A stretch of 63,087 bases of DNA, filler included, from Octopus bimaculoides (Eukaryota): NCBI RefSeq assembly GCF_001194135.2. It is 7 parts of 7 records of this genome, joined end to end, with 100 filler letters (N's around TTAATTAATTAA, not from the genome) between each part and the next. Parts side by side here need not be neighbours in the genome. Positions count along the whole stretch, not along the records: positions 7,316 to 31,611 come from NC_068987.1; positions 31,712 to 51,145 come from NC_068981.1; 5 more parts are not named here. One strand, given 5' to 3'. The notes beneath the pieces were generated by a model, which did not search any database, was not told where the DNA came from, and was given only the letters and a program-made list of their open reading frames with translations. Numbering within the stretch: the first letter of the stretch is position 1; the number at the start of each line of letters is the position of its first letter. A program made the translations under genes and the position numbers. Shown here in pieces: positions 25,014 to 36,762 of the stretch.

Positions 25014-25392
25014 AAGCACTCCGTCGCTTACGATATCGAGGGTTCCAGTTGATCCCATCAACGGAACAGCCTGCTCGTGAAATTAACGTGCAAGTGGCTG
25101 AGCACTCCACAGACACATGTACCCTTAACGTAGTTCTCGGGGATATTCAGCATGACACAGTGTGACAAGGCTTATCATTTGAATTACAGGCACAACAGAA
25201 ACAGGAAGTAAGAGTGAAAGGAAGTTGTGGTGGAAGAGTACAGCAGGGTTCGCCACCATCCCCTGCCGGAGCCTCGTGGAGCTTTAGGTGTTTTCGCTCA
25301 ATAAACACTCACAACGCCCGGTCTGGGAATCGAAACCGTGATCCTATGACCGCGAGTCCGCTGCCCTAACCACTGGGCCATTGCGCCTCCAC
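25014..25392 (-). mobile_element. Full-length tRNA-derived SINE family K, tail type 1
   Basis: Head GTGGAGGCGCAATGGCCCAGTGG...GTTTCGATTCCCAGACC; body; ~180-nt tail ending GGAACCCTCGATATCGTAAGCGACGGAGTGC. Confidence 0.92.
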
Positions 25393-26663
25393 ATTCTTTA
25401 GTTGGCGAAGTGAATGATATAACTAAGACATTATTAGTCATAAGCACGTTAGTCTATATAATATACATATAATATCGGTCAAATGGCTAGCTAGACAAAA
25501 GATTACTCAGTGAAACAAACACGTACATACATGCAAACAGTATGGTTAATAATAGAATTAATGACACTTTCGTAAATTAATTATATATATATATAATTAT
25601 ATATATATATATATATATATATTAAATATATATTTTTTTAACCAAAAAATTTGGTAAAAAATATAGTATCTGTTAACAATCTTAGCAGAAAACTCACAGT
25701 TAAAAGTTAAGAACCGGATTCTTTAGTTGGCGAAGTGAATGATATAACTNNNNNNNNNNNNNNNNNNNNNNNNNNNNNNNNNNNNNNNNNNNNNNNNNNN
25801 NNNNNNNNNNNNNNNNNNNNNNNNNNNNNNNNNNNNNNNNNNNNNNNNNNNNNNNNNNNNNNNNNNNNNNNNNNNNNNNNNNNNNNNNNNNNNNNNNNNN
25901 NNNNNNNNNNNNNNNNNNNNNNNNNNNNNNNNNNNNNNNNNNNNNNNNNNNNNNNNNNNNNNNNNNNNNNNNNNNNNNNNNNNNNNNNNNNNNNNNNNNN
26001 NNNNNNNNNNNNNNNNNNNNNNNNNNNNNNNNNNNNNNNNNNNNNNNNNNNNNNNNNNNNNNNNNNTATATATATATATATATATATATATGAATATATA
26101 CATCTATACATCGATTCTTTCTTGTCTTGGAATTCACGGTCAAACGGCTAGGTAGAATTGCATGAAAAATTACGCAGATGTATAGAATGATCCAGTGGTG
26201 ATGCTGGGCTTTGTATTTTTTTCATAGCTTTCATGGTTTCCGAGATAATCTACTATTACAATACTCTTGTGTTTATGAACGAGAAAGGATGGGGTGATAG
26301 ATGAATAAAGAAGGAAAGGGTGATGTCATACTTGGTAGTGTGAAGATGAAAATTGTACGCTGAAAAAAATAAAGCAAACAGCGTTTCAACTGTATGAATA
26401 TATGTATGTGTATGTAAGAGGGAGGTATGTGAATGTGTGTGTGTGTATTTGTGTGTTTGTGCGTGTACGCGCGCAATGGAAGTCGGATGGTTCATCTTTG
26501 TTCGCTTAGTATTTGGTTGGATATTGGTTGTTTTGTTTTGTTGGTAGTTATTTTTAGCGTTTTGACAGAAAAAAGTCATTCTAAAATTGTGTTTTAACGT
26601 AAGCGTGCCCAAACAAGTCGAATACTTATGCAGAGCAGGTTTTACAGTCACATCATCCAAACC

Positions 26664-26691
26664 GACCGGGTAAAACCGGGCTTAGCTGCTA

Positions 26692-26692
<1 letters not shown>
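26664..26692 (+). mobile_element. Possible Helitron 3' terminus
   Basis: CCGG-GTAAAA-CCGG hairpin, 9 nt spacer, then CTAG followed by T; no 5' end or helicase seen. Confidence 0.4.
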
Positions 26693-26725
<33 letters not shown>

Positions 26726-27264
26726 NNNNNNNNNNNNNNNNNNNNNNNNNNNNNNNNNNNNNNNNNNNNNNNNNNNNNNNNNNNNNNNNNNNNNNNNNNN
26801 NNNNNNNNNNNNNNNNNNNNNNNNNNNNNNNNNNNNNNNNNNNNNNNNNNNNNNNNNNNNNNNNNNNNNNNNNNNNNNNNNNNNNNNNNNNNNNNNNNNN
26901 NNNNNNNNNNNNNNNNNNNNNNNNNNNNNNNNNNNNNNNNNNNNNNNNNNNNNNNNNNNNNNNNNNNNNNNNNNNNNNNNNNNNNNNNNNNNNNNNNNNN
27001 NNNNNNNNNNNNNNNNNNNNNNNNNNNNNNNNNNNNNNNNNNNNNNNNNNNNNNNNNNNNNNNNNNNNNNNNNNNNNNNNNNNNNNNNNNNNNNNNNNNN
27101 NNNNNNNNNNNNNNNNNNNNNNNNNNNNNNNNNNNNNNNNNNNNNNNNNNNNNNNNNNNNNNNNNNNNNNNNNNNNNNNNNNNNNNNNNNNNNNNNNNNN
27201 NNNNNNNNNNNNNNNNNNNNNNNNNNNNNNNNNNNNNNNNNNNNNNNNNNNATATATATACATG

Positions 27265-27305
<41 letters not shown>

Positions 27306-27726
27306 ACATATACATACAATTAAGGATAAAATAAAACAAATTTAAAGGCCGATGTATATATTCATTCAATCCATGTTAACGAAATTCTCTATGGTATACC
27401 AAGTACATACATCGATGCATTCATCTATATGATATATAAAATAGATTTCCAAGAATTTTATAATTTAATAAAAATCGAATTATTTAACCCATCATTTCTT
27501 TTTAAATTTTAACCTTGTGATTCTATTAACTCTGATGAGAGAAACCTAGAGTATTGCTATGGTTGAAGTTAGTTCACCCATGGCAATCTATATCTTTTCG
27601 AAACGGCCGTAGGACATTATATATAGACTTTACACATGTTCCAGATTCTCTATGAATCATTTTACATCTGCTTTATCATCTTCTTTCGAGCTTCGCAAGT
27701 ATATTTATGGACTTACACTTTTTATA

Positions 27727-27800
<74 letters not shown>

Positions 27801-27836
27801 GCTCTCTCTCTCTCCCTATATATATATATATATATA

Positions 27837-27990
27837 GTTGAAATTTATAGAAAAACAAAAGACGAAGACAGGTGTATGAACAACAAGCAGGTGTATTAGT
27901 TTGACGCTCGGGAAAATGAAAAAGTCTTTTACGTTTTGAGCCTAGGCTCTTCAATAGAAAGCAATAAGAGAAAATAAACAGAGAGAGAGA
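27837..27990 (-). mobile_element. Probable Penelope-like terminal repeat fragment with a degenerate hammerhead-like motif
   Basis: Minus strand CTTT-CTATTGA-A-GAGCCTAGGCTC-AAAA-CGT-A-AAAG (27926-27961). The family call is inference. Confidence 0.4.
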
Positions 27991-28055
27991 ATAAAAAAAG
28001 CTTGTGGATTTGGCGGTCAAATATAATATATATATATATATATATNNNNNNNNNN

Positions 28056-28109
<54 letters not shown>

Positions 28110-28819
28110 CTTACACACGTATACATGAATAAATACATACGCATATATACACAAATGGGCATATACTTAATATACTCAATATATGTAGTTAGAAATAAAT
28201 AGATACAGATAAATGTTGACGCTACCATTGTCCTTTTTAAAATTTTTGTCGAATTATTTCTGAAGAAGAGAGAATTCTCCATATGTTGTCGCTATAATAA
28301 ACTGCAGAATCAACAAAGCAAGAGTATTACATTAGTATAAATGCATTGGTGTGCAAGAAGTGAATGTATCTCTAAAAGTTGTATAACTTGTTTCAAAATT
28401 ATGATTAAATAGAAAATTTCATCTAGTTTTTCTTTGTTTGCTGTATATTCATCCAAGCATTAGGTAAAACAGTGGAAGATGAATTTTACAAAAATAGAAG
28501 CTGAAACTACGAAGGCTTCACCGTTAGTGATTTCATTATATTCATGCCAATGTAAAACTCTTGCGCAATTGCTCAACCCGATAAAAACAGTTTTTAGATC
28601 TCTCTCAAATAACACACTGCAGTGTAGACACTGTGGAGTTTTGGATAGCACACTGTAAACAGACACAGTGGAGTTTGAAATATACAAAAAATTATAGGAA
28701 AGTATTTGACCGTAGGTTTAGGCCAGCTTAATTAAGGAAGTACTGGGGTGAAATAAATATGTTGTATTAGCTGATATGAATGAAAAAGCATGTTTCGAAT
28801 TTTCAGTTTAGGAACTAAT

Positions 28820-29790
28820 ATAAGCAAAAATGCTAGTTCTGAAATCTCTCTAAGAAATAAACGCAATAGTTGTACTAACAAGTAAAGTTCGTAGCCTCTT
28901 CAACATGGATGTCCGTTCGAACGGACTTTATTGCGATTTTTTAACCCCAAGAGGATATCTCCTCTAGCTGGTTAACGATGCATAGCTGCATCGGAGATAT
29001 TGCGAGCAGGTGAGCGAATCCCTACTCCCTTCTAGCGATGAGACCAACAGACCATCCTGGTTTCGGACTATTTCTGCCTCTCTTCAGTACTGGACACCTC
29101 GTCTGTTAGAGATGGCAGTAGCTCGCTTCTGCTTGCAACATATATATAATTTCAAACGACATTCAGTCGTTAATTTTGCAACAAGTAAAAATGCTAGTTC
29201 TTAGAACTCTTAAAGAGATCAGCGTAGTAGTTGTACTAACATGTAATGTTCGTAGCCGCTTTAACATGGCTGTCCGTTCGTACGGACTTTACTGCGATTC
29301 TTTAACCCCCAAGAAGACATCTACTCTAACTGGCTAACGATGCACAGCTGCATCCGAGATATTGTGAGTAGGGGAGCGAACCCCTACCATCTTCTAGCGA
29401 CGGGATTGCAGTAAAGTCCGTTCGAACGGATAGCCACGTTGAAGTGACAACGAACACTACTTGTTAGTACAATTACTGCGTTGATCTTTTAGAGAGATAT
29501 CAGAACTAGCATTTTTGCTTGCCTCAAAATCAGCGACTGTATCGCTTGATATTATATATATTGCGAGCAAAGGCGAGCTACTGCCATCTCTAGCAGACTG
29601 AAGAGAGGCAGAATTAGACCAGTACTGAAGGGAGGCAGAAATAACCCAAAACCAAGCTGAGCTGTTGGTCCCGTCGCTAGAAGGTGGTAAGGATTCGCTT
29701 TCCTGCTCGCAGTATCTCAGATGTAGCTTTGTATCGTTAGCCAGCTAGAGGAGATGTCCTCTTGGGGTTAATGATTCGCAGTAAACGCTA
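28820..29790. repeat. 361-bp monomer repeat: 1.6 direct copies plus one inverted, circularly permuted copy
   Basis: TGCTAGTTC at 28831 and 29192, GTCCGTTCG at 28911 and 29272 (period 361); 29406-29786 is the reverse complement of one full period. Confidence 0.93.
29044..29093 (-). ncRNA. Candidate type I hammerhead ribozyme
   Basis: CCAGUA CUGAAGA G(A)GGC-AGAAAUA-GUCC GAAA CCA-GGA-UGG UC/UGUUGG. All core nucleotides present; stems I (6 bp, two G-U), II (4 bp with a bulged A) and III (4 bp) can pair. Folded by hand only. Confidence 0.6.
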
Positions 29791-30337
29791 ATATAGTTTT
29801 TTCATTATTTTCTATATAGGCAATCAGTATTTGAAAAATACTGTAGTAAACAGTAGGCAGTAGACGGCAGCAGAGCTAGTACTATGTTAGAAAAGGAGTC
29901 CCAACTATACCACCATACTGAACAACCTATTTTTGACGAAGAAAATGCTAAGGCTTCTTGTTAGCGTGCTTTCCAATTGATCAAAATTGACATCAGTGTG
30001 TAAGCCAAGCAGACAAAGCAAAATAGAAGAGATTTTCTGTTGCGAAGTGAAGCCATATTGAAATTTGGCCAAGTGGCAAAAAGTTACTGGCATGTTGAAT
30101 AGTAAATTAATTATTTGAGAGTATGAAAAAAATGTAGTGATGGCGCCTGTCTTCTTTTTATTTGTTTTTTTTCTGTATATCTTGAATGGTATAAATAAAT
30201 TTGCATCTTTTAATTCTTCTTGTCTGTTCAACATTATTTATTGGTACAAAGTGACATTAATTTCACAATGTTTCTTGCTATGAGTTGTCTATCGTCGTAT
30301 GATATATAGAAATCATGGAATAATTTCAGTGTCTTAA

Positions 30338-30381
<44 letters not shown>

Positions 30382-30399
30382 NNNNNNNNNNACACACAC

Positions 30400-30431
<32 letters not shown>

Positions 30432-30569
30432 TGATGTTAATTTTCACTCTATTACAATTAACTTTAACACGAACGATTATATATATAAATATATATTTTA
30501 ACAATAACGTATTTAAAAGTAGACGATTCTAACTTTTAAGGGAAGAGTAAGTCCATATCAACAATCTCA

Positions 30570-30705
30570 TCACTTGTCAAATACTTTATCTTATCGACCC
30601 TGGAGGAATGAAAGGTAAAGTTGACCTCGGCAATATTTGAATTCAGAATGTAAAGCATCGTAAGAAATATCACAAAACATCTTTCAGACACTTCGACAAT
30701 TCTTA
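30570..30705 (-). mobile_element. SINE family N fragment
   Basis: TTATCGACCC...ATGAAAGGTAAAGTTGACCTCGG...TTTGAA.TCAGAA.GTAAAG. Confidence 0.8.
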
Positions 30706-31992
30706 TGATATTCAGAAAAATATAGAACCCAATAACTTTATGTTATATTTTCAATACCATCTCAAATTGGTCATAATACGCAAATTGCGTTCGATTGCCC
30801 GCTGAATGCTATTTTATTGTTAATGCATCCTGAAGTGGACAAGGACTAATTCCTTCTCAGTATACCAAGTTTGATAAAATGTGTATTGCCTACCATCCTT
30901 TCAGGAAAAATCGAATAGGTATTAGAGTAAAATATCATAGAGTAGAAAATAACTATACAAAATTTATTTTATTACATTACTGTACAAGCATACATTGGGG
31001 AGGCGTAAAAAGAGTTTTCTGAGAGGCACAAACTGAAAATAGGTGTCATTTCTCCATGAACGTGATTTCAGTTTATTGATACTGCTAAAACAAAATTGTA
31101 GGCACCAAACCACTTCCTCCTAAAACTATATTAGATCTTCCTCCTCTAGATTCAACCTTTTTTTATTATTATCTCCCTTTCTTTCGACCTCTTTTTTCCC
31201 CAACCATCCGCCATGCTGGACCGCTGAAATCTGCAAGTTTTTTTTCTTTCCCTATTTTGTATACTTATTGTTTTCTTCTGTTGTATATAGCCCTAAGGCT
31301 TCGCGACTGTTATATATGTATAATTCTTTATTGTATTTTTATAATGTCTTGTGTGTTTCTGTCCAATTATACATTCGCTAGCTTTTTCCCAGAGCTTAGT
31401 AAGAGCACTGACGCCTCCAGAATTAAATGGTCTCAATGTTAATTGGCGCGAAATTACTATGATATTTTGAGTTATTCACTGACAAAGGAAAATCAGCTGC
31501 GAATATTCCGTGTATCATGTCTGTACCTAAATTTCCTGTCCGTAAAGGTTTCGTCTAACTTTTTCTCCTCGTTGCCTTCTTTCTGTTCAACATACATACA
31601 TACATACATATNNNNNNNNNNNNNNNNNNNNNNNNNNNNNNNNNNNNNNNNNNNNTTAATTAATTAANNNNNNNNNNNNNNNNNNNNNNNNNNNNNNNNN
31701 NNNNNNNNNNNTATATATTTATATTTATATATTTATATATTTGATCCTTTATATTGAACACTCAATATTTCATCTACATTCAATACTTTCTTTCATGGTG
31801 CCATCCATTTTTATTTTATTTTATTTTATATTGTATATTGTATATTCCATATTCTATACCCCACATTAGTTCTGCAGGAATATAAATAAAACATAAAAAA
31901 CAGACAGTGTTGGAACTCTTTTAAGCAAAATAATATATTCCTCTATACACAATCATACAAAAAAACCCACCTTTTTTGTATTTATTTTTACT

Positions 31993-32033
<41 letters not shown>

Positions 32034-32320
32034 TTAGTCATTTGACTGCGGCCATGCTGATACACTGTCTTTTAGTCGAGCAAATCGATCTCAGGACTTA
32101 TTCTTCGTAACCCTAGTACTTATTCTATCGATCTATTTTGCCGAACCACAAGTAACGGGAACGTAAACACACCAACATCGGTGGTCAAGTAATGGTGGGG
32201 GGAGAAACACAGGCACAGAAACATACATATCTATATATACGACGGGTTTCTTTCAGCTTCCGTCTACCAAATCCACTCACAATGCTTTCGTCGGCCCGAT
32301 GCGATAGTAGAAGACACTTG

Positions 32321-32912
32321 GGATCTTTTTTAAAACGGGGGCCACAGTTTTCATTAACGAAACACTTTGAAACTTGGAACACTGGTAGAATGTGTCATAT
32401 AAAACATCTTTTTCTCTTAGTCTTCTTAAAAAAAAAAGAAATCCATAAATTATTCCATGTTAAAGTTGTCGTATTTCTGTAATTTCAACCAATCACTGAC
32501 GTCCATTCAGCCGATATACATTAAGCGCCGACTACATAAACAAACGATTCTGAAACAATTAACCCTAACCCTAACCCTAACTCTAACCCTAACCCTAACC
32601 CTAGGGTTAGGGTTAGGGTTAGGGTTAGAGTTANNNNNNNNNNAACAAATTTAAAATGAAAAAAGCAAATAAAACGAAGAATCGTTTGTTTATGTAGTCG
32701 GCACTTAATGTATATCGGCTGAATGGACGTCAGTGATTGGTTGAAATTATCGAAATAAGACAATTTTTACATGAAATAAATTCGAATACAAAAATATTTT
32801 TCTGTTCTATAACACAAAATAGATAAGTATACGAAGTTTGAAAGTCTTTCGGTACCAAAAACACTACGTAAAACATTAATGAAAAATGTGGCCCCCGTTT
32901 TAAAAAAGATCC
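32321..32912. mobile_element. MITE with 39-bp TIRs, 8-bp TSD and inverted telomeric core (Merlin-like)
   Basis: TIR GGATCTTTTTTAAAACGGGGGCCACA.TTTTCATTAA.G (2 mismatches); TSD GACACTTG at 32313-32320 and 32913-32920; inner inverted arms ~32482-32550 / ~32679-32747. Superfamily is inferred from the GG terminus and TSD length. Confidence 0.9.
32561..32633. repeat. Inverted telomere-type array (AACCCT)7 | (AGGGTT)5
   Basis: Symmetry centre between 32602 and 32603; the AACTCT/AGAGTT variant occurs on both arms; a 10-N gap follows. Confidence 0.95.
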
Positions 32913-34139
32913 GACACTTGCCCAGGGTGCTATGCAGTGGCACTGAAACCGAAACCATGTGGTTGGTAAGAAAGCTACTTACCACACAGCTGCTCCTGCG
33001 CCTGTATATACTTACAGATAAACCTGTACCCATTTTTGCTCTTTTGAGCCATCTGATTACGAAACCAAAGTAACTACAAACAAAGATAATTCGCATTATG
33101 ATACACACATTAATGGAATAGTTATGCGAATTAAGCAAATTTTTACTAAATTATTTTTGATTGATTACTTGTAAATTTATAAAAAATTACCATTCATAGA
33201 TTGAATTATTGCGTAAAGATGTCATTAGTATTTGTACACAATTGTTTTTTTTTTAATTGAGTATACGATAATTTAACTTAATTAATTTTTAATATAACTT
33301 AATTTCGATGGACTAAACAAATTTCTTGTGATAAAAGGATGCCACAGAATGTACAATATATAGTTACTCCAATACTTTTGAGCAACAATGCTAGTCCCAT
33401 AATTTTTAAGTTTTATTATGACATTCTGTAACCCTTTTGAACGTGCGCATTTTTCAATTCTAGTTTCGTACTTTTTAAGGCAACGCTTGTAATATTTTAT
33501 ATACGTACCGTATTTCTCCTAATGGTGTGGCAGCCTCTAATAAACTGACACCCAAACGCCGACCAATTGAAATAACGTGGCTGTCACAATAATAGAGAAG
33601 TACGATAAAATCGATAATAATTGTCGTATTTGTTCATTATCATACGGAGAGATACTGAACAGCAGCTAGTATATTATAAGCTGTACTATAAAGAAATGTA
33701 TTTTTAAAATGTTAATAATATTAATTTTCAGAAAATCATTAGCAAAATCTAAAACGGCATACCATGCAATGAAGAGAAAGCTAAAATGAGTAACATAAAT
33801 CTCTCGAAGACAGCTGCATACCAAACTATCGCTCTTTGGTTGATGTTGATTGGAAATTAACCAATAAAACGCAATCACCACGTAAACGGCCACGGACCCT
33901 TACACTTTCATTCGCAACATAGGCATATATATATATCGTCAGACACAGTAGACTCGACTATAACACTTTGTTGTCGATCATTGCGTGCCTAACAGATATA
34001 CATGCCGGTGCGTGTATGTGTGAGTGTGTGAGTGTATGTTTAATTATTTAAATTCTTACTTAGATGAGGAAATTGGTTTCTGACAAAGATACAAAACTCC
34101 ATAATTGGAAAGGAGATGACGGAAATGACGTCACATTTT

Positions 34140-34870
34140 AAACCTGAGAAAACTCTTGCATAGTCTTACTGTTCTGCTTATAGATTGTATTTGTGATGTG
34201 CGAATCAGTTGGTTGATTTTTTTTTCCACTGGGAATCCATGCTTATTCAGTTAAGCACTTATTCACAAAACCAACTGCTCCAATTATTATTGGTATAAAT
34301 GTGAATTTATAATCTGGATACAGAAGCTGGAGCTTTCGAAGCAATTGTCCATGGTTTGCTTCTTTCTCTTTGATTCTCAAAGAGATATTCACATCAGCAG
34401 AACAACTGATCTCTATGACAGTACATACTTTTTCTTGTCCGACTCATCCGGCCTGGTATTCTTACAATTAACAGATGTTTTGGTGGAAATGTTCCACCAG
34501 TATTCCTTGTGCTGATATTTTTGTACTTATTCAATAGCTGAAGGATTCTCTAAATTTATTCCAGGACAGTCTTTTCTCTCGAATGGCAGTATATATTGTT
34601 TTCGCGACAAGGTCAAGTCGCTTAGGGAAGTTATACCTTGATGACATTTTTGAACAGCTGCTAATCACATGTGTGATGACTTCCATAAATATGACATAGT
34701 ATACATTTTCTATTGCATCTTAGAACTCTGAGTATGTGTATATAGGCACCATAAGGCCTTACACTTTTTGTTTCACATCGTAATCATTCTTTTTAGAAAA
34801 GACCTTTGAACTGGTCGGTCGCATCTTTTCCTGCTCAGGGTTTTTTTCTAGTTTCAGCGTGTGCCTCTCG
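34140..34870 (-). mobile_element. Degenerate RLE-type (R4/Dong-like) retrotransposon 3' fragment, distinct subfamily
   Basis: ITHVISSCSKMSSRY; VAKTIY; EYWWNISTKTSV; EKVCTVIEISCSADVNI...KEKE...LQLLYPDYKFTFIPIIIGAVG. Confidence 0.82.
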
Positions 34871-34942
34871 GCACACTCCCTTTATTATTAGCGTTACTTC
34901 ACACAACTGATCTTAATCTTGTCCCCATGTCGAAAGGCAATC

Positions 34943-34986
<44 letters not shown>

Positions 34987-35249
34987 NNNNNNNNNNNNNN
35001 NNNNNNNNNNNNNNNNNNNNNNNNNNNNNNNNNNNNNNNNNNNNNNNNNNNNNNNNNNNNNNNNNNNNNNNNNNNNNNNNNNNNNNNNNNNNNNNNNNNN
35101 NNNNNNNNNNNNNNNNNNNNNNNNNNNNNNNNNNNNNNNNNNNNNNNNNNNNNNNNNNNNNNNNNNNTTCATGCTACTCCATTTATTTAAGTAATGTGAG
35201 CATGAAACATGCGTACTGCAATAACCTTTAAAATCCGTGTTGCTGTTTT

Positions 35250-35294
<45 letters not shown>

Positions 35295-36371
35295 TGTTTT
35301 CCATTTTTTCCGCTCTTCTCACAACTTGAGTTATTTACCGTCCTTTTCACCGACCTTACTCTGTTACTGTGTTTATCTCAACATATTTCTCCTGTTTGGC
35401 TATCATGTCTGCTCGTCTAAACCTTGACCACTTACGTTGCGGACGTTGCCAATTTCAATAATATTGTCGGAAAGCGTGGAAAATTTTGTCAAAAACTGTT
35501 GAGAAGTTGAGCGTCTTTGCGGATGTCATTCGTTTTCTTATACTCCGTATTAATACCGCATCTGTAGCTAATATATATAGTTAGCAACTACTTAATACAG
35601 CAACAGGAAAAGGAAATTGAATGAGAGCTGTAACCATCGGACCATAGCCATGAACTTCGATACTGGAAATATCTTTAAAACTTTTATTCGATAACTATGA
35701 ACTTTTTATAGTTTGACGAAATGCTGCAACGAATTTTTAGAATATTCTAAGAAGTTTCAGCTATCTACATATGCATTTCTTACATCGCTTTCGACAAGTC
35801 TTCAACGAAGAGCTTTATGTGCAATGAGACTTGTATTTCTTATACACGTAGTTCTTAAAAGCCCAATATTCTGTGCAATACTTGTAGCTGGTTCACGTCC
35901 TCTAGTTACTATAACTCTCATATTTCTAAGACGATCGGCGTTTACTACGAAATTTCTGCTTCCTGTATAATAAATGTACCGCAAAATGTACGTGTTGTCC
36001 ATAACATGGCAACACATATGTTAGGAATCACGCACAGCAACATTTATCAGACGCAGTGAAAATTCAAACAAGTTGCAACAAAATTCATTGAAGTTGTCAC
36101 AGAAAAACGTGAAGATGTTCTAGAAAGGAGAAAAGAATTGTTTAGAAATCAGCAAGTATACTACTTTTGACAGAATTTGTTCATCGATTTAAATGATGTG
36201 CCATTATAATATATAAAACTACATTACATGTGATTTTGTATGCGTTTCTGCTCGCTCTCTCTCTCTTTCTTACACACACATACACAAAGGCACACACACA
36301 CACAAAGGCACACACACACACACACACACAAAGACACACACACACACACAAAGACACACACACACACAAAG

Positions 36372-36419
<48 letters not shown>

Positions 36420-36708
36420 AAGCATGTGTATGAATATGTGTATGTATTTTACCACATGATTCCCAATCGCATTACTTAAATCTTCACAGGAATGAAAAAA
36501 TATCCCTGAAAGTGTCACATCTTTTTCCCACTTGTCTGAAGCTTTAAATGATGGGATTCTGCTTCAAGCTTATATGCACATAAATATTAACTGTACGAAA
36601 CGAGTTGATATCTCTTTTCTTTTTTCTGTTTGGACGCCTTGCACACCTACATTTTTTATCTAACGCTCAGTGTTACTTTCGCTCTCTTTCCCTCCCTCTC
36701 TATCTATC

Positions 36709-36761
<53 letters not shown>

Positions 36762-36762
<1 letters not shown>

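Larger units (their letters stand above)
32030..32995 (-). mobile_element. Family C SINE split by the MITE at 32321-32912
   Basis: Tail 32030-32200, CORE region to 32320, head resumes at 32913 (GACACTTGCCCAGGGTGC...TTACCACACAGC). Confidence 0.9.

Noticed and set aside
25393-25749. 32-nt duplicate ATTCTTTAGTTGGCGAAGTGAATGATATAACT
   Set aside because: The second copy ends exactly at a gap edge; cannot be separated from an assembly artefact and is not a TSD of the adjacent SINE.
29617-29670. Active hammerhead in the inverted monomer
   Set aside because: Core mutated (CUGAAGG, AAAA, no NUH triplet); useful only as support for stem I.
32561-32633. Ancient telomere-telomere fusion site
   Set aside because: Polarity is CCCTAA>TTAGGG rather than the fusion polarity, and the array sits inside a TIR/TSD-bounded element.
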